Source: an uncultured delta proteobacterium | Lineage (GTDB): Bacteria; Desulfobacterota; Binatia; UBA9968 | DNA: 64,000 bases | Direction of reading: 5' to 3' | NCBI GenBank assembly: GCA_963847445.1 | Contig: CAWJZV010000011.1 | Span: forward strand, 98,658 to 162,657 | Part shown: positions 58,419 through 64,000 of the stretch, piece after piece | Layout of the letters: the number at the start of each line of letters is the position of its first letter | Position numbering within the stretch: the stretch's first letter is position 1 | Position numbers and translations under genes: made by a program | The notes under the pieces: generated by a model | Database searches by the model: none | What the model was told of the DNA's origin: nothing | The model's input: only the letters and a program-made list of their open reading frames with translations

Positions 58419-59357
58419 TTGGCCGCCGATCGCAACCAAGAAGTAACTTACGATATCCTGGACGAAGCGCCGGTCCGGCCCAAACGGGGCGGGCGGTTCT
58501 TCGTTTTCTTAGGAATTTTGCTCATGGTCTTGGCTTGGTCGTTTCACGGCGCGAAGATTCGTCCCGGTGAATTGATCGAGGGGATACCGCAGATCGGCCA
58601 GACTCTGGCGCGCATGCTGCCGCCGGATTTTTCTAAGATCACCGACGCGAAGCACTACTACTTGCCGGAGCAGCTTTCGTTAGGTGAGCTGCTGCTGCCG
58701 GCACCTTTGGGCGACGCCGAGACCAGGGCTCGACAGCGTTGGTGGGACAATACCTTCCCCCAGACCGTGATGGGCGCGACGCTGGAAACTATCCAGATGG
58801 CGTTGGCCGGCACTTTCCTTGCGCTGATCGTTGCCTTCCCGCTAGGGTTTTTGGCCGCGCGCAACACCACGCCCCATCCGGCGGTCTATCGCGGCGTGCG
58901 CCTGGTGCTGAATCTGGTGCGGACGATACCCGATCTCGCGCTGGGCCTGCTTTTCGTTGCCGCCGTCGGGCTGGGCGCTTTCGCCGGCACCATCGCATTA
59001 GCGATTCATACCGCGACGGTGTTGGGTAAACTGTTGTCCGAGTCGGTGGAGAACATCGACGAGGGCGTGGTCGAAGCGATTCGCGCTACCGGCGCCGGTT
59101 ATGCGCAGATTCTTTCTTTCGCCGTGGTGCCGCAGATCCTGCCCGACCTGATCTCATTCACGCTGTACCGCTTGGAAACCAACATCCGCGCCGCTTCAGT
59201 CTTAGGCCTGATCGGCGCCGGCGGCATCGGCTATCTGATGAACACCAGCTTTCGCACCTTTCAGTATCAGGAAGCGGCGGCGATCGTGCTGGTCTTGATC
59301 GCTTTGGTCATGCTGGTGGATTACTTGAGCTCTCGGCTGCGCAATCTCGTCGTTTAA
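58419..59357 (+). CDS. phnE: Phosphonate ABC transporter permease
   Basis: ETIQMA, LAARN, RTIPDL, GKLLSESVE, RLETNIRAASVLGLIGAGGIG; RBS GAGGAG. Confidence 0.93.
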   Translation: MAADRNQEVTYDILDEAPVRPKRGGRFFVFLGILLMVLAWSFHGAKIRPGELIEGIPQIGQTLARMLPPDFSKITDAKHYYLPEQLSLGELLLPAPLGDAETRARQRWWDNTFPQTVMGATLETIQMALAGTFLALIVAFPLGFLAARNTTPHPAVYRGVRLVLNLVRTIPDLALGLLFVAAVGLGAFAGTIALAIHTATVLGKLLSESVENIDEGVVEAIRATGAGYAQILSFAVVPQILPDLISFTLYRLETNIRAASVLGLIGAGGIGYLMNTSFRTFQYQEAAAIVLVLIALVMLVDYLSSRLRNLVV

Positions 59358-59391
59358 CTCGCGTGTTGCCGCGGAAAATCGGCATCGGATA

Positions 59392-59605
59392 TTTAGCCGC
59401 AACGAACGCAAAAAATTTGCCGCACGAAGGAAGCGTCGCGGACCGAACCTCGGAAACTCGCAAGCTCGAAACAGAATTCAAATGATCAAAAACACCAAAT
59501 CCAAAACAGGCTTCATTCGGATGCCGTGTTTGAAATTTTCTGACCTGAGATTTATTTGGCTGTGACTTTGTTTCGGGTTTCGGGATTCGGATCTCGGATT
59601 TTCTG
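59392..59605. repeat. Long imperfect inverted-repeat element with heptamer-like arms
   Basis: ...GAAACTCGCAAGCTCGAAACAGAATTCAAATGATCAAA... versus ...TTTGTTTCGGGTTTCGGGATTCGGATCTCGGATTTT. Confidence 0.65.
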
Positions 59606-59663
59606 CCGTCATGGACTTTATTTTTAGCCATGTGATACTCTCACGGCTGGAGATGCTACCCGC

Positions 59664-60516
59664 ATGATTCGCACCGTTGGATTAGTTGCCAAATATCATG
59701 AAGCCAAGGCGGCGCAGATGGTCCGCTGGCTGATTCCCTGGCTCAGGAAGCGCGGCAAAAAGGTCTGCGTCGAAAACGGCTTGACGCCGCGCGGCGCGCA
59801 CTCTTGTACCAAGAAGGAAATGGCGGCTCAGGCCGATCTGATCATCTCCCTGGGCGGCGACGGCACGCTGCTCAACATCGCGCCGCTGGTGGTGCGGCCC
59901 GAGGTGCCGATCTTGGGCGTCAACATGGGCGGTTTGGGCTTTATCACCGAGGTGGCGGTCGGATGAATTGAAATCGGTGCTCAGCAAAACCCTGGCCGGC
60001 GATTATGAAGTGGAAAAGCGCATGACTCTGGAGGTGCGGGTGATCAGCAAGAAGGGCCGCCTGCGCCGGTTCCGTGTGCTCAACGACGCGGTGATCGCCA
60101 AGGGCGCGCGCAGCCGCATCATCGACTTGGAAACTTACGTCGGCGATGAGTATCTATGCACCTACCGCGCCGACGGTTTGATTATCTCCACGCCCACGGG
60201 GTCGACGGCGTATTCATTGGCGGCGGCGGGACCGATCCTCGAGCCGACCTTGGGCGCGATTGTGCTATCGCCGATCTGCCCCCATACGCTGACCAACCGG
60301 CCCATCGTCGTGCCGAGCGACGCGCCGATTCACGTCACCCTGCGATCCTTTGGCGACACGGTGATTCTCAGCCCCGACGGGCAAAAAGGGCTGCGCCTCA
60401 ACAATGGCGACAAGGTGGAAGTTCGCGACTTCGGTCTGCCGGTGTCGCTGATCAAGCTGCCGTCGCGTAGTTATTATGAAATTCTCCGTGAAAAACTCAA
60501 ATGGGGAGAGCGTTAG
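59664..60516 (+). CDS. nadK: NAD kinase (frameshift near 59962)
   Basis: LGGDGTLL, GVNMGGLGF, LND, ADGLIISTPTGSTAYSLAA. Confidence 0.95.
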
Positions 60517-60528
60517 TCAGTCGCGATT

Positions 60529-62226
60529 ATGTTGCGAGAGTTGCGAATCAAAAACTTCGCGGTGATCGACGAAGTGGCACTGGAGCTGGGGCCGGGACTC
60601 AACATTATCACCGGCGAAACCGGTGCTGGTAAGTCGATTATTCTAAATGCCCTCGGACTGGTCTCCGGCGAACGGGGCAGCTCGGATATCATTCGCCACC
60701 AGGAAGATGAAGCGACTGTCGAGGCGTTGTTCGACGGCGTGCCCAAGCTCATTGAGGCTAAGCTCGCCGATGCCGGTTTCGCGCTTGATGGCGAGCTGGT
60801 GATCAAGCGGATCCTCAATCGTTCGGGCAAAAACCGCATTTATTTGAACGGCAGTCTCTGCCCGCTCAATCTGCTGGCCGAGATCGGCGGCGCCTTGGTG
60901 CATATCTACGGCCAGCATGAGCACCACAGCTTGCTGCAGCCCGATACCCACTTAAACCTGCTCGACGCTTTCGCCGATGTCGATGCCATGGTGCTAGCGA
61001 TGAAACAGCAGTTTGTCGCCCTGACGGCGGCGTGGCGCGATCTCAACGAAACCCGTGACTCCTTGGACCGGCGGCGCCGCGAACGCGCTAATTTGGAATC
61101 CCAAGCCGAAGAGATTGGCCGCGCTCAACTCAAAGCCGGCGAGGAGGAAGAGCTGCGGGCGCGCAAGAATATTTTAGCGCACTCGGAAAAACTCAGCTTG
61201 GGCTGCCGCGAGGGCGAAGAGCTGCTTTACGAAGGCGATGCCGCGCTGGTGGGCCGGCTGGGCAAGTATGCGGCAAAGCTGCGCGAGCTCGCCGCCATCG
61301 ATGCCAATTTGCAACCGACCGAAGAGCTGATTCAATCTTCCCTGGCACAATTGCAAGAGGCGGCGGCGCAGCTGCGCCGCTACGCCGAGCGGGTGCATTT
61401 CGATCCGCGGGCGTTGGAACAGCTCGAAGACCGCTTGGCGGAAATTCAGCGGCTCAAGCGCAAGTATAACGCGAGCGTCGATGACATCCTCAGGATGGAG
61501 AGCGATATCCAACAATCGCTCGACCGTCTGGAAAATAGCGAAGAACAAATCGCTGCCATGGAAAAGACTTTTACCGCGGCACGCGGGCGCGCCTGGGGTA
61601 GCGCTGAGAAGCTTTCCCATGAACGCCAGCGCGCGGCGAAAAAACTGCGCCGTGAGCTGGAGAAAGAGGCGCGCGGCTTGGGCATGGCGGGAATCTCTTT
61701 CGAAGCCCGTTTCCTGAGTCAGGATGACAAAGCCGACGCGCCGCCGTTCTTCATCGCTGGCAAGCGGTTGAACGAGCGCGGCATGGACCAGGTGGAATTT
61801 TACTTTTCATCCAATCCCGGCGAGCCGGTCAAACCGTTGGCCAAGATCGCCTCCGGCGGCGAACTGTCGCGCCTCATGCTGGCGCTCAAGTCCCTGGTCA
61901 TGACCCCCGGCGTAGTGTCGACCTTGCTGTTCGATGAAGTCGACAGCGGCGTCGGCGGACGGGTCGCCGAGATCGTCGGCAAAAAGTTGAAGCAGGTCGC
62001 GGCCCAGAACCAGGTCATCAGCGTCACCCACCTGCCGCAGATCGCCGCCATGGCCGATTGCCACTATGTGGTGCAAAAGGAAGTCGAGAAGGGGCGCACT
62101 TTCACCCGGGTGCAAAAACTCTCAGAGAAAGACCGCATCGGCGAGGTGGCGCGCATGTTGGGCGGGGTAAAGATCACCGAACAGACCCGCAAACACGCCG
62201 AAGAGATGGTGCGCGGACGGGATTAA
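60529..62226 (+). CDS. recN: DNA repair protein RecN
   Basis: TGETGAGKS, IYGQHEH, ASGGELSR, FDEVDSGVGG, THLPQIAA. Confidence 0.97.
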   Translation: MLRELRIKNFAVIDEVALELGPGLNIITGETGAGKSIILNALGLVSGERGSSDIIRHQEDEATVEALFDGVPKLIEAKLADAGFALDGELVIKRILNRSGKNRIYLNGSLCPLNLLAEIGGALVHIYGQHEHHSLLQPDTHLNLLDAFADVDAMVLAMKQQFVALTAAWRDLNETRDSLDRRRRERANLESQAEEIGRAQLKAGEEEELRARKNILAHSEKLSLGCREGEELLYEGDAALVGRLGKYAAKLRELAAIDANLQPTEELIQSSLAQLQEAAAQLRRYAERVHFDPRALEQLEDRLAEIQRLKRKYNASVDDILRMESDIQQSLDRLENSEEQIAAMEKTFTAARGRAWGSAEKLSHERQRAAKKLRRELEKEARGLGMAGISFEARFLSQDDKADAPPFFIAGKRLNERGMDQVEFYFSSNPGEPVKPLAKIASGGELSRLMLALKSLVMTPGVVSTLLFDEVDSGVGGRVAEIVGKKLKQVAAQNQVISVTHLPQIAAMADCHYVVQKEVEKGRTFTRVQKLSEKDRIGEVARMLGGVKITEQTRKHAEEMVRGRD

Positions 62227-62235
62227 GACTGGACT

Positions 62236-62275
62236 CGTTCAAATCGTTCAAACAGTTCAAAACGTTCAAACCGTT
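62236..62275. repeat. Nonamer tandem repeat
   Basis: CGTTCAAAT CGTTCAAAC AGTTCAAAA CGTTCAAAC CGTT. Confidence 0.85.
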
Positions 62276-62373
62276 TTCGGAAGCGCGCCGCCGGACGTTG
62301 ACTTTTGCCCGCTGAATTTAGATATTAGCTGACAGTTCGACTTCATCCTGTCCTATTTCCGTGTTGTTCGTGT

Positions 62374-62449
<76 letters not shown>

Positions 62450-62550
62450 ATTCCCTTTCCAACATCAGCCAAAGAAGTCCGATAACCCATTGTAGTTAAA
62501 CAGTTTTTCCTGGTATAGTGTCCGGCATGGTCCGATGCCGTCCAGCTAAA

Positions 62551-62614
62551 GCTGCCCCCATATTGGGGGCAACTCTGGGGGCAACTGGGAGACCTGGAAA
62601 GTGAGTTGCCCCCA
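62551..62614. promoter_or_regulatory. Putative integrase arm-type binding sites
   Basis: TGGGGGCAACT at 62564 and 62576; inverted AGTTGCCCCCA at 62604 and GCTGCCCCCA at 62551. Confidence 0.7.
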
Positions 62615-62615
62615 C

Positions 62616-63847
62616 ATGCCGCTGACCGACACTACGATCCGTTCGGCCAAGGCCCCGGCCAAGACCTTCAAGCTGTTCGATGGCGGCGGCCTGTATCTGG
62701 AGGTCAGCCCGGCCGGCGGCAAGTGGTGGCGCTGGAAGTATCGCTTCGGCGGCAAGGAGAAGCGGCTTTCCTTCGGCGTCTATCCCGACGTCAGCCTGAA
62801 GGCGGCGCGCGAGAAGCGCGACGACGCCCGCCAGCAGCTCGCCGCCGGCATCGATCCTGGTCAGGCCCGCAAGGCGGAGAAGCTCGCGCAGGCGGGCGCC
62901 GAGAGCTTCGAGGCTATCGCGCGCGAGTGGCACGCGAAGTTTTCGCCGGGATGGGTCGCGAGTCACGGCGACCGCATCCTGCGCCGGCTCGAAAGGGATG
63001 TCTTCCCTGGCTCGGCAAGCGGCCCATCGCCGACATCAAAGCGCCCGAGCTGTTGGCCGTGCTGCGCCGGATCGAGAGCCGGGGCGCGCAGGAGACCGCG
63101 CACCGCGCGATGCAGAACTGCGGGCAGGTGTTCCGCTACGCCGTGGCGACGGGCCGCGCCGAACGCGATCCGACGGGCGATCTGCGCGGCGCCCTGCCCC
63201 CACCGAAGGAGAAGCACCACGCCTCGATCATCGAACCGAAGCGCATCGCGCGAACTGCTCCGGGCGATCGACGGCTACGAAGGTTTCTTCGCGACGAAGT
63301 GCGCGCTGCGGCTCGCGCCGCTGGTCTTCGTGCGGCCTGGCGAGTTGCGCAAGGCGCAGTGGCCGGAGATCGATTTCGGAAAGGCGGAATGGCGCATCCC
63401 CGCCGAGCGGATGAAGATGCGCGAGCAGCACATCGTGCCGCTGTCGCGCCAAGCCGTCGAGATCTTGCGCGAGTTGGAGCCGCTGACGAACCGCGGGATC
63501 TCCGCCAAACCGGATGCGCCTCGCTACGTTTTCCCGGCGCCGCATCGCGCGAGCGACCGATGAGCGAGAACGCCATCCTCGCTGCGCTGCGGCGCATGGG
63601 CTACGCGAAGGAAGAGATGACCGGCCACGGCTTCCGCAGCATGGCGTCGACGCTGCTGCACGAACAGGGCTGGAACCATCAAGCGATCGAACGCCAGCTC
63701 GCCCACGCCGAGCGCAACGCCGTGAGCGCGGCTTACAACTTCGCCGAACATCTGCCGGAGCGGCGCAAGATGATGCAGGCTTGGGCGGACTATCTCGATG
63801 GGCTGAAAGGCGGCGCCGAAGTGATACCGCTGTTCAAGAGGGCGTAA
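62616..63847 (+). CDS. P4-family tyrosine integrase with arm-binding domain (frameshifts near 63005, 63250 and 63545)
   Basis: MPLTDT, DGGGLYLEV, GVYPDVSL, RPGELR, HGFRSMAST, QLAH, AAYN. Confidence 0.95.
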
Positions 63848-63853
63848 CAACCC

Positions 63854-63875
63854 CGACCTCTTGAATGCCATTCAA
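63854..63875 (-). repeat. Inverted 22-nt copy of the tRNA-Ala anticodon arm (att-like core)
   Basis: CGACCTCTTGAATGCCATTCAA is the exact reverse complement of 62401-62422. Confidence 0.92.
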
Positions 63876-63919
63876 AAATCATTCGTGACCTGAGCCTAAA
63901 ATAGCCGGCAAAGCCCAAC

Positions 63920-63974
63920 AATAACAAGCCCCGAGCGCTGCCGTAAATGGTAGTTCTTGGGGCTTGTTGTTTCT
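63920..63974 (+). terminator. Long RNA hairpin after the integrase, terminator-like or processing site
   Basis: 63920-63943 pairs with 63948-63971 with five G-U pairs and one mismatch; TAAA loop; U-rich 3' side. Confidence 0.6.
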
Positions 63975-64000
63975 GGTGCACGGACAAATGGATATTTCGC

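Noticed and set aside
45401-59357. Phosphonate or phosphite catabolic pathway
   Set aside because: Only transporter genes are present; no C-P lyase or ptxD-like dehydrogenase in the window

Overview
GC-rich bacterial chromosome segment, most likely a deltaproteobacterial-type lineage such as Candidatus Binatia; this is inferred from gene content, not from a marker gene. Many genes, including normally essential ones (era, der, topA, nadK), are split by 1-bp indels, so most frameshifts are probably long-read consensus errors. The backbone carries: a TPR gene and a lipoprotein gene; a peptide ABC transporter whose A/B/C genes are separated from D/F by accessory genes and gene remnants; a 7-blade SBBP/DUF11/CARDB surface protein; greA; a MoxR-DUF58-VWA operon; era-der-dprA-topA-trmFO-ppx-HU-ilvE; a phnDC...phnE transporter; nadK-recN; and tRNA-Ala(GGC) followed by a P4-type integrase. 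Two regions stand out. (1) An ~11 kb five-gene block inside the phn operon encodes two secreted caspase-like CHAT proteases, a CHASE2 class III cyclase with non-canonical specificity residues, a secreted FecR/DUF928-like protein and a cNMP-binding patatin phospholipase. This is a candidate protease-to-cyclase-to-lipase signalling or defence module. (2) The integrase is followed by a perfect 22-nt INVERTED copy of the tRNA anticodon arm and a long G-U-rich hairpin. Intergenic regions contain many short tandem-repeat hairpins and REP-like elements.
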